From Naegleria gruberi (lineage: Eukaryota), in NCBI GenBank assembly GCA_000004985.1, contig GG738856.1: a stretch of DNA of 64,000 bases; one strand, written 5' to 3'. Position 1 is the first letter of the stretch. Each line of letters opens with the position of its first letter. Made by a program: the position numbers and the translations under genes. Under the pieces are notes generated by a model. It was given only the letters and a program-made list of their open reading frames with translations, was not told where the DNA came from and searched no databases. This document shows, one piece after another, positions 11,901 to 20,585 of the stretch.

Positions 11901-13862
11901 TCAGGTTGTGTTACCATTCTAATAGTTTGTATGGGTATTATTTTGATTCTCATTGAGTATAAACTAAATTCAGATAGAGCTTCACTTTCAATGAATAATC
12001 TCAGTATAATTAATAGTGTATTATATAGAGTTTCAAGTGTTAATTTCAGAGTTAATGAAATGATTCAAAGATCAAAATATAGTCAATTGACTACTTTTAA
12101 TCAATTGAGAGATTCAAGTGTAACGGATATTCAAGCTATTCAAAAATATTGGTATTCCATAATTTTGGGAAATGATAAATCTGGTTATCAATCAGCAGTG
12201 GTTGGAAAATATTCAGATATTGATGCTCAATTGAGTAATACATGTAATGATACTATTGAAATGAATTTTGCAAACACTACTAATGATAACTTATGTTTTG
12301 GATTGAATGATTTCATTACTGAATTCATTTCTAGAGCTACTGAATTGAATGAAGAAGCTTTTAAACTATCTGATTCGACAAGTGACTTGACAAGAAGATA
12401 TATTGATAGACTTTTCTATCTTTCTCAAGTATTGACTCAACAATTATTAGGATTTGTATCTAAATTTGTTGCTCATGAAAAAACTGCTCAAACTTACATT
12501 ACAGCAACTTCAATTTCTGTTACAATTATTGTAATCATTGTAATGGGAGTATTGTGTTTCAATTCTTTACTTAGTTTTTGGAAGGAACGATTCTGCTTGA
12601 GAATGCTATTGAATTATCTTAATATGGAAGTGATTGAAAACACTTTCCTATTGAAGGAATATGTCATGTCCAATTCTGTTTCATTTTCAAATACTACAAC
12701 AAAAATTATGGGAAAGCTCAATAAGATTCATTCAGAGGATAGCTCAACATGTGGTGATGAATCCATTCTAATGGTCAAAACAGTACTCAATGGAGGTGTC
12801 GATGCAAGTATTCTTTGTAATAGAGAAGGAAGTATTACAATATTTAATAATGCCGCTGAGGAAATGTTTGGTTATGCAAGAGCTGATGTTTTAGGTGATG
12901 CAATTCAAACTCTATTCACAGAAGAATATTCATCTCGATTGACCAAATTAATGAGTTCAGAATCAACATGTAAAGGTGATACCTTCGAAGCTATTGGATT
13001 ACGCAAGAACAAGTCAACCTTCAACTCAAAAGTCAGTGTTTCAGTCACAACCTACGATAAGAAACCCATGTTAATTGCCTTTATTAGAGATGTAACTCCT
13101 GAAAAGAAACTAAATTTGTTAATTTGTGAAGAAAAAAAGAAGAGTGAAGATTTATTATTGAACATTCTGCCACAAGCAATGGCTTCACGATTGAAGAATG
13201 GTGAGACGAATCTGTACGAAAAATTCAATGATATTAGTGTATTTTTTAGTGATATGGTTGGTTTTACATCGATGAGTTCTGGAATGCAACCAAGTGAGCT
13301 AGTTCAAATGCTCAACTCAATTGTGCAGGGTTATGACAAGTTGACAGAAGTTCATGGAATTGACAAGATTAAAACCATTGGTGATGCTTATTTTTGTGTT
13401 GGTGGACTTCAGGCAAGCAAAACTTCTGATCATCCAGAAAAGATGTTGGCATTTTCAATTGACATTATGTCATTTTTAAGAAGAACTAATGCTTCCACTA
13501 ACAAACCAGTTAATATTAGAGCAGGAATTCACACAGGTGAAGCAGTAGCTGGCGTAATTGGATTTAAAAAGTTTGCCTATGATTTGTGGGGAGATACTAT
13601 TAACACAGCTTCAAGAATGGAGTCAACCGGAGTTCCAGGAAGAATTCAAATTTCCAGAACAACCTATGAAAGAGTTTACGATTTGGGTTTTGAATTTGAA
13701 GAGAGAGAACAGGAAGTGAAAGGAAAAGGAAAAATGAAATGTTACTTGTTATCGAGTAAACATCATGAAAATCCAATGAATTTTCAAGATGATGATGTGA
13801 ATATTAGAACATTTCAGAGTACAGAGTTTTTGAGTTTGAAAGAACATCACGATTGTAAATAA
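8916..13862 (+). CDS. Receptor-type class III adenylyl cyclase with multiple TM segments, a TPR-like region and a PAS domain. Two exons, modelled as join(8916..9468,9604..13862).
   Basis: Track ORFs 8916..9473 (TM-rich) and 9606..13862 join through a 135-nt intron (GTATTA donor at 9469, TTTCAG acceptor at 9603). The leftover G plus AT gives GAT, which runs in frame into ATGACTTCC. The PAS-like segment is SILCNREGSITIFNNAAEEMFGYARADVLGDAIQTLF. The cyclase domain has every catalytic residue: FSDMVGFTSMSS, IKTIGDAYFCVGG, RAGIHTGEAVAGVIG, and KFAYDLWGDTINTASRMESTG. The Lys/Asp specificity pair predicts adenylyl-cyclase specificity. Confidence 0.7.
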
Positions 13863-13893
13863 ACAAGTATCTTGTTGGTATTCGAAAGTTTTA

Positions 13894-14286
13894 TTAGAAA
13901 CATTCAAAATTTAAAGAATACAAATTCCAAGCAGATCTAGCACCATTGACAATAACATAAATTTGATCTTTCATTTGGTCTAATCCATTGTAAACATAAG
14001 TAATTCCATTTTCAACACTTGTAGCTCTGTAATCAAATTCGGAAAAACTTGGAATTGAATTCTTTTTCACAGCGACATTGACAGCACTTCCAGAACTAAC
14101 ATTCAAAATGAATTTAACTTGAGAACATTTCAAATCAGAGATGGAAGCTTGATAATATTTTGGATTATTTTGAACATAATCTGAAATCCAATTTCCTTTC
14201 CAGTGGTTGACTTGTTGAGAGTTGACCATGAGAGTAAAGCTCATTAGAATAAAAAGGAGCAATAATACGAAACTGAATCTTGACAT
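13894..14286 (-). CDS. Small secreted protein with a signal peptide and 2 Cys. It is a candidate secreted beta-sandwich protein or effector-like protein.
   Basis: A 130 aa ORF. The N-terminus MSRFSFVLLLLFILMSFTLMVNS is a typical cleavable signal peptide. The mature part has alternating polar and hydrophobic residues typical of beta strands. Confidence 0.4.
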   Translation of the reverse strand: MSRFSFVLLLLFILMSFTLMVNSQQVNHWKGNWISDYVQNNPKYYQASISDLKCSQVKFILNVSSGSAVNVAVKKNSIPSFSEFDYRATSVENGITYVYNGLDQMKDQIYVIVNGARSAWNLYSLNFECF

Positions 14287-14512
14287 TTTTTAATACGAAC
14301 AATTATTGTGAGGGCTTGAAATCTGTTCATTTTTAATACTGTTAAACTCCTATAGTTCCATGAATTGTTTCCAGTTTCAATTTATTTTATCTAAATACGA
14401 TTTCCAAGTAGATTTTTAAAAGGAATTTACACATCTCTATTAGAAACTTATTCCATTTCACAAAATTGTAATTCGAACTTGTGGAAAGCTCATTTTACTA
14501 CAGTTTTACAAT

Positions 14513-15445
14513 TTAATAATAGTAATCATCATCAGAACCATAATAAGGTGATTCAATCCTATCATGAGCAAATGTAGTCATGTAATAGAATTCATCACTG
14601 TCATAATAAGTGTTCATTGATGGTTTCCTAATGAGATAAGAACACACCAAACGGAAAGCATCATCACAAATATTAGAAAGTGGATGATCTTTAAGAATAG
14701 CATTGGAGCATTCTGATTTTCTACCATTTACTCGAATCAAGTAAGCAGGTTTGACGCACTCCCATGCCAATTTTTCTCTTCTCATTCTTGAATATTTCAA
14801 TAATTCATCTTTAACTTTCTCATTATCTTTCACTCTATTTGAAAGTCGAATATAATCAGCTGCGCTTAAACAAGTACACTTGCTGTGAAGTGCTTTGATT
14901 ATTTCAAGATTTGGATTTGTAGTGCATTGATTGAATAGATCATTGTAATCTATATCCTGAAATTTGATAGTTATCAAAATATTGAAAGCTTGAACATTGC
15001 CATAAATAACAGAATAGTAAAGTGCTCTTTTCCTATCATCTTCTCTCTCCACCCGTTCAAGTAACCATTGCATGATCTCACAATTTCCACTCTTTACAGA
15101 TTTTGTGAGCGGATCTTCCTTGCCACTATCAACAATGAACAATAAATCCTTATTCTTACACTTGCTGTAGAGAAACTTGACAGCATCAAAGTTTCCACTC
15201 TCACATGCAGCAAGGAATGGTGAAGTATTTCTATTATCTTTGGTTAATAATTGTGAACCTGCTGAGAATAAGCATTGAATAATGTAAAGACTCGTGTTTT
15301 TGAAACGACATGCATGAATGAGAGGTGTTGCTCCATTTGAAGTTTTCATACTCATTAACTTTCTATTGGTTGATAGAGAAAGCACTTCAGAATACTGATT
15401 CTTTTCAATACTATTAATTAAACTAGTGAATTGATCTGCTGACAT
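14513..15445 (-). CDS. Ankyrin-repeat protein.
   Basis: A 310 aa ORF with repeated ANK-like units (GATPLIHACRFKN..; TSPFLAACESGNFDAVKFLYSK..; DPLTKSVKSGNCEIMQWLLE..). Confidence 0.6.
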   Translation of the reverse strand: MSADQFTSLINSIEKNQYSEVLSLSTNRKLMSMKTSNGATPLIHACRFKNTSLYIIQCLFSAGSQLLTKDNRNTSPFLAACESGNFDAVKFLYSKCKNKDLLFIVDSGKEDPLTKSVKSGNCEIMQWLLERVEREDDRKRALYYSVIYGNVQAFNILITIKFQDIDYNDLFNQCTTNPNLEIIKALHSKCTCLSAADYIRLSNRVKDNEKVKDELLKYSRMRREKLAWECVKPAYLIRVNGRKSECSNAILKDHPLSNICDDAFRLVCSYLIRKPSMNTYYDSDEFYYMTTFAHDRIESPYYGSDDDYYY

Positions 15446-15586
15446 TTTTTACAGTTCAATTTGTGAAAACTTTTCAGACTTCCTTTTTCCTTATTTATTC
15501 AATTTTGAGACTTCCCATCTCTACAAAAAAGAAACTTGCTAAATATACGGGTGATGAGTGTTTACGGTCAGCAAATACAGCTGATA

Positions 15587-18001
15587 TTATTGTAAATCCT
15601 TCTCTTGTTCAGAGTGGAGGGCACGAATGAAATCTTCTTTCAATATTTGTGAAACATCACTAATTAGAAAATTTTCTTTCGTCCTTAGTGATACTCGTGG
15701 AGCAATTATTGAGACTCGAGTGAGAAGAAATAAATTCAAACGTTCAATAACTTGCTCGACAGTGTCATTCTGTGATATGTCAATTAAAACAGAAACACGA
15801 GAACCTTCCAATTTGATTTTGATTGTATGAATTTGAATTTTCTCTGTGGAAACCTTGACTGGTGTTTGATGCTGCATAGGTGGTGAATCGTTATAATATA
15901 TCAAAGTCATCTCTAGAGGAGAAAAGTTGTCAGGATAGAGAGGTCTTAACTCAATAGGAAATTCAGGAGTTTTCATTTGGTTATTAAAAACTTGTCTAAT
16001 TCTGAAATATTCTTCATTGGCTTCACTTGCATATTTGTTCTGATTACATTTTAGAAAGTAAGAAATTCGCAGTTCGTGCGCAGGTTCAAAATTTGGTTCA
16101 CTTTGCAATACTCTATCAATGTAACCAAGTACCTTTTCAGTGTGTTTCAACTTTGCATGAATGGAAGCTATGAATATTAAAATTGTAGAATTATTGGAAT
16201 AGTTTTTCAATAATTGCTCAGCATACGAAAGACCATTCTCATATTCATTGAAAATAACTGATAATTGAGAGGCAATCATACTCAAAACATCTGATTCCTC
16301 AAAATGGTCCAGCATTTGCTTGAAAATTTTCTTGGCTTTTTCAATCTCTCCAATTTCAGCATAGTACTGAACTAAATAAACATAGATTACCAAGCAATTG
16401 GGTTCCAATTCTCTTGCTTTTAGAAAATCTGGGAATGCTTTAAGCTTTTCTTCTTTTGTTTTACCAACTTGATAAATAATTATTCCTCTTTTCAAGTAAT
16501 AATGAGCTAAATCATCTAAACTGTTCCCATATTTTTCCAATATTTTAGTGTATTCAGCAATAAGGATGAATGTTGAGCCCATTTGCTCCAAAATACCCAA
16601 TTTGGCATTAATGACAGGAATGGAGAAATGTGATTTCAAGGAATTATCCAAACATTGTAGAGCTTGCTTAGTGTTACCCTTGTAGAGATGTAAGAATCCC
16701 TTCAATTGCTCCAACACATGACCACTGTTCGGATCTTGGTGTGTATTGAATTTTCTTGAGAGAAATTCCAAAGACTCAAGCAGTGTTAATGCCTTGGAGA
16801 TGTTTGGTAACTTTCCTCCATAAACTCTCTCCCAAACATGTATATCATCTCTTGATAAAAACATGGCCAAAAGCAAGCCAACACAGTATTTGATTCTAAT
16901 TTCAACAGCATCATCAATAGATAATTTCATATAATATTTGTCAAGTATTTCTATTGAATCTTCAATACTATTGGCATTCAAATGAGAAAGTATTCTATTC
17001 ATTTCTAAAACTCCTGTAAATTCTCTATCACCTATTATTTGGAGATTGTTGCATATGATTAATCTAAGATTATTAATGGTTAATATTTCCATTGCATTCA
17101 ACGATGATAATCTCTCCTTCTTATCATATGTTAGAAAGGATAATAATAGTAGCTCAAAGAATTGGTCAACCTCCCTCGTAGAGATTTCATTGATGAATTT
17201 TGCTTGAAACACTTCACTCCATGTATTCTCAATGGTTGCTTGTGTATTTTCGAGTTTTAAATTTAGAAATCGAAAATCACATTCATCTACAATATCCTTA
17301 AAACTAATTGTTGACTCGGGGAAGAGTATTTTGAAAAGTACAACACCCATACTCCAGCAATCGACTTTGTAATCATAGAGTCTATGTTTAATTGATTCAG
17401 GTGGTAAATATTCAAATGTTCCCCTATGTGTTTTCTTGGTGTTTTCAGTTTGTAAGGTTTCTCCAAAATCAGCCAATGCAATCTCAATAAATGTTTCATT
17501 TTCTTCATCAAATGATTTGACAAGAATGTTTGAAAGTTTGATATCACAATGAACAAGATTATGTTTGTGTGAAATATTGACAGCAATACATAATTGTGTC
17601 ATGATTTGACCAATTAGAAAATCAGTCAATCTCTTTCCTCTTGATGTGAAATATCTTTCAATAAATGTTTCCAAATCTCCATACTTGTAAAATGGCATTA
17701 CAATCCCAATATTGGAATGATGATTAATGTATTCCAAACTCTCTACCAAATATTCACATACAATACTCTTTCTCAAATTAAATATCTTCAATTCCTTTTC
17801 AATAATGAATTCTCTTTCCTCTTCTTCTAATAAATTAATAATTTTCAATGCAATTTCATGGTTTGAACAACGATCAAAGCATCGATATACAACTCCGTAA
17901 CCTCCTTCTCCAATAAACAGCGGATTCAAAAACCTGTCACAAAAAGAAGAAGGGAATGCATAAGGTTGACGTGACATTTTTTTGTAATGTGACACTGTCA
18001 T
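15587..18001 (-). CDS. Ser/Thr protein kinase (non-RD, HCD catalytic loop) fused to TPR/Sel1-like repeats and a C-terminal beta-grasp-like segment.
   Basis: An 804 aa ORF. Kinase motifs are GEGGYGVVY, the Lys in EIALKII, HCDIKLSNILV, DFGET and LPPE. The repeats are helical TPR-like units (e.g. YYAEIGEIEKAKKIFKQMLD). The C-terminal segment is KIKLEGSRVSVLIDISQNDTVEQVIERLN. Confidence 0.75.
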   Translation of the reverse strand: MTVSHYKKMSRQPYAFPSSFCDRFLNPLFIGEGGYGVVYRCFDRCSNHEIALKIINLLEEEEREFIIEKELKIFNLRKSIVCEYLVESLEYINHHSNIGIVMPFYKYGDLETFIERYFTSRGKRLTDFLIGQIMTQLCIAVNISHKHNLVHCDIKLSNILVKSFDEENETFIEIALADFGETLQTENTKKTHRGTFEYLPPESIKHRLYDYKVDCWSMGVVLFKILFPESTISFKDIVDECDFRFLNLKLENTQATIENTWSEVFQAKFINEISTREVDQFFELLLLSFLTYDKKERLSSLNAMEILTINNLRLIICNNLQIIGDREFTGVLEMNRILSHLNANSIEDSIEILDKYYMKLSIDDAVEIRIKYCVGLLLAMFLSRDDIHVWERVYGGKLPNISKALTLLESLEFLSRKFNTHQDPNSGHVLEQLKGFLHLYKGNTKQALQCLDNSLKSHFSIPVINAKLGILEQMGSTFILIAEYTKILEKYGNSLDDLAHYYLKRGIIIYQVGKTKEEKLKAFPDFLKARELEPNCLVIYVYLVQYYAEIGEIEKAKKIFKQMLDHFEESDVLSMIASQLSVIFNEYENGLSYAEQLLKNYSNNSTILIFIASIHAKLKHTEKVLGYIDRVLQSEPNFEPAHELRISYFLKCNQNKYASEANEEYFRIRQVFNNQMKTPEFPIELRPLYPDNFSPLEMTLIYYNDSPPMQHQTPVKVSTEKIQIHTIKIKLEGSRVSVLIDISQNDTVEQVIERLNLFLLTRVSIIAPRVSLRTKENFLISDVSQILKEDFIRALHSEQEKDLQ
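17456..17710. repeat. Arm A of a roughly 255-bp near-identical inverted repeat, lying in the kinase core of the minus-strand kinase gene.
   Basis: By eye, the reverse complement of this segment matches 18321..18575 at about 97% identity. The flanking sequence of the two genes has diverged. Confidence 0.7.
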
Positions 18002-18032
18002 TCTGAAAAAGAATCCAAAAAAATCTGGTCAA

Positions 18033-20519
18033 ATGATCAGTCAAACTCAACTTCCCTCATGTTTTGGCAGTCGTTTTTCCAATCCTACACCAGTTGGAAA
18101 AGGAGCATATGGCACCACCTACTCATGTATTGATACACAAAATGATGATCAACAAATAATTGCTTTAAAAGTGATGCAACCAAGTGAAGGGACTGGTGAT
18201 ATTGCACTTGTAGAGAGAGAAGAAGAAATTTTCACAGCCATGAAGAATGTTCAGTGTGAATATATTGCCAAGAGTATGGAATTTCTAAATTATTTCGAAA
18301 GTGATGGTAGTGGTGGTTACATTGGAATTGTAATGCCATTTTACAAGTTTGGAGATTTGGAAACATTTATTGAAAGATATTTCACATCAAGAGGAAAGAG
18401 ATTGACTGATTTTCTAATTGGTCAAATCATGACACAATTATGTATTGCTGTCAATTTATCACACAAACATAATCTTGTTCATTGTGATATCAAACTTTCA
18501 AACATTCTTGTCAAATCATTTGATGAAGAAAATGAAACATTTATTGAGATTGCATTGGCTGACTTTGGAGAAACCTTTCGAACTGATCACACAACCAATA
18601 CAGATAAAAAGGGAACAGATGACTACTTACCACCAGAGGCCTTTGATGGCAAGTACGGATTCAAGATTGATTGCTGTAGTATGGGTGTTGTCCTTTTCAA
18701 ATTGCTTTGTCCACCAACTGATGTATCTATTAGAAACTATTTGGGAGAATGTCAAACTAAATACAAACACAAACAGCGTAACATTTTCTTTAGCCATTAT
18801 TGGTCAAAGAAGTTGGCGAAATACATGTCTGGTATTGAATATCTCAAAGATCAACCATTACTACTTTCAATGGTGAATGGATTTCTAACTTACGACAAGG
18901 AAAGTAGACTCACCATATTGAATGCTCTCGATCTATGTTGCATGATTATTATGATGCACATACATGGACAGAATAATAGTGTAAACTTAGACAATTTGGA
19001 GAATCCTTCACCTGTTTTGATACTATATGATCAATTATCATTGATTTCAGATTTCAATAATGGTTCAATGGAATTGTTATCCAAATATTACAATGAAACG
19101 AAGCAAGGAAATAGTTTAGGTATTGCATACATGGTAGGATTAATCTTTTGTAGCAGTCTATTGAAAAGAGATTTCAGAATTTGGGAATTTCAATTTAATT
19201 TACAAACACCCATTACCGATACAGCAACATTGGACAAAATGATACAAGATCTTGATCAACTATCACTGAAAATTAAGACCAATGAGCCATACTTGGGCTT
19301 TATATTTGAACAATTACATGCCATTTCACTAATGAACAAGAAAATGCCTGAAAAATCTTTACAAAGATTGGAAAACTCTACAAATTCATTCTTCACATTG
19401 GCATGCCAAAAAAAAAAGTTACTACTTGTAGAATTATTGAATGGAATGACTTATTCGTTGGTAGATGAATATTCCAAGCTAATCAAACTTTATGGTGACA
19501 AGAGTATGCTCTCTGGATACTTTTATTACAAAAGGGGTGTAATGTTATTCACCCTTTCTAATGATCATCAAAATGGTATAGCTGACTTGATACATGCAAG
19601 GAATTTATCACCAAATAGTTTGGGATTATATGCAATTATGGTAAACTGCTTTTTAACTATTGGCAGTATTGAAAATGCAAAACAAGTGTTTGAGCAAATG
19701 TTGTTATTGTCTGAGCACTTTGAGATTAATAGGTTAAACTTTATTGCAATGTTTTTATCCAATTGTTTAGGTTATTTGGATAAAGCATTGGAATATGGTG
19801 AAAAACTTACTAGTCAAGAACTGTATAGCAAGGACCCTGTATTACTTCTCTTTTTATCCAGAATCTGTAGTAATAGAGGCGATAGCTCAATGGAATTGGG
19901 TTATATAGAAACGGCATTGGATATAGATCCACATTGTTATCAAGCTCACCAAATGAAAATCCTATTTTATAGAGCAGCTTTGGATTTCACAGCAGAAAAA
20001 GAAGCTTTGCTCAAGTATACAGCTCTGAAAAGGCAAAACCTTTTGCATACCTCTGAATTTCCCATTGAACTTTTACCACTATTACCAGATGGCTCACCTC
20101 TTCCAATATTATTACTAAATGAACCTGAAAAGGATGTTACAAGAATTAAGGAAATTACTTTTAAGGAAGCTGAGAAGACTGTTCAACAATTTGAAACCAT
20201 TCAACCATCACTAATGCAAGAACCTACCACAAATGATTCAATTCTTTCACCAGAAATCATCATGCAAATCAAAGTGAAATTCAAAGGGAAAAACAATGCT
20301 GTTTTCATTGATATTTTGAAAACAGATACAGACATTCGTCAAGTATTAGATCGCTTGAATAAGATTGGAAACGAAAAGAGTACAGCATATGTTAATAGAG
20401 TGGCATTTTCAATAGTGAAAGACGATGATTGTATTTTAATTACATCAATTCATCAATTATCTAAATATGATGAAGTAGTGGCTCTCACAAGTGATGAAGA
20501 AAAAGAGTTTTGGGCGTAA
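18033..20519 (+). CDS. Ser/Thr protein kinase with TPR/Sel1-like repeats. It is a paralog of the divergently transcribed gene at 15587..18001.
   Basis: An 828 aa ORF. Motifs are GKGAYGTTY, IIALKVM, HCDIKLSNILV, DFGET and LPPE. About 85 aa of the kinase core are nearly identical to the neighbouring gene. Confidence 0.75.
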   Translation: MISQTQLPSCFGSRFSNPTPVGKGAYGTTYSCIDTQNDDQQIIALKVMQPSEGTGDIALVEREEEIFTAMKNVQCEYIAKSMEFLNYFESDGSGGYIGIVMPFYKFGDLETFIERYFTSRGKRLTDFLIGQIMTQLCIAVNLSHKHNLVHCDIKLSNILVKSFDEENETFIEIALADFGETFRTDHTTNTDKKGTDDYLPPEAFDGKYGFKIDCCSMGVVLFKLLCPPTDVSIRNYLGECQTKYKHKQRNIFFSHYWSKKLAKYMSGIEYLKDQPLLLSMVNGFLTYDKESRLTILNALDLCCMIIMMHIHGQNNSVNLDNLENPSPVLILYDQLSLISDFNNGSMELLSKYYNETKQGNSLGIAYMVGLIFCSSLLKRDFRIWEFQFNLQTPITDTATLDKMIQDLDQLSLKIKTNEPYLGFIFEQLHAISLMNKKMPEKSLQRLENSTNSFFTLACQKKKLLLVELLNGMTYSLVDEYSKLIKLYGDKSMLSGYFYYKRGVMLFTLSNDHQNGIADLIHARNLSPNSLGLYAIMVNCFLTIGSIENAKQVFEQMLLLSEHFEINRLNFIAMFLSNCLGYLDKALEYGEKLTSQELYSKDPVLLLFLSRICSNRGDSSMELGYIETALDIDPHCYQAHQMKILFYRAALDFTAEKEALLKYTALKRQNLLHTSEFPIELLPLLPDGSPLPILLLNEPEKDVTRIKEITFKEAEKTVQQFETIQPSLMQEPTTNDSILSPEIIMQIKVKFKGKNNAVFIDILKTDTDIRQVLDRLNKIGNEKSTAYVNRVAFSIVKDDDCILITSIHQLSKYDEVVALTSDEEKEFWA
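18321..18575. repeat. Arm B of the inverted repeat, in the kinase core of the plus-strand kinase gene.
   Basis: See arm A. The shared segment encodes IGIVMPFYK(Y/F)GDLETFIERYFTSRGKRLTDFLIGQIMTQLCIAVN(I/L)SHKHNLVHCDIKLSNILVKSFDEENETFIEIALADFGET. Confidence 0.7.
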
Positions 20520-20585
20520 AGTTCTAGAAATGTTGGCAAATCTGAATTGTTGTTGTTCAGGAATTTTATTAATAAAGGGATATAA

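Noticed and set aside
17287-18876. ORFs 17287..17586 (minus) and 18445..18876 (plus), whose MLSI(F/Y)HTNIILFIVISNFQTF.. translations are nearly identical
   Set aside because: They are not genes. They are the same alternate-frame read-through of the two arms of the inverted repeat inside the kinase genes. They were useful only as a flag for the repeat.
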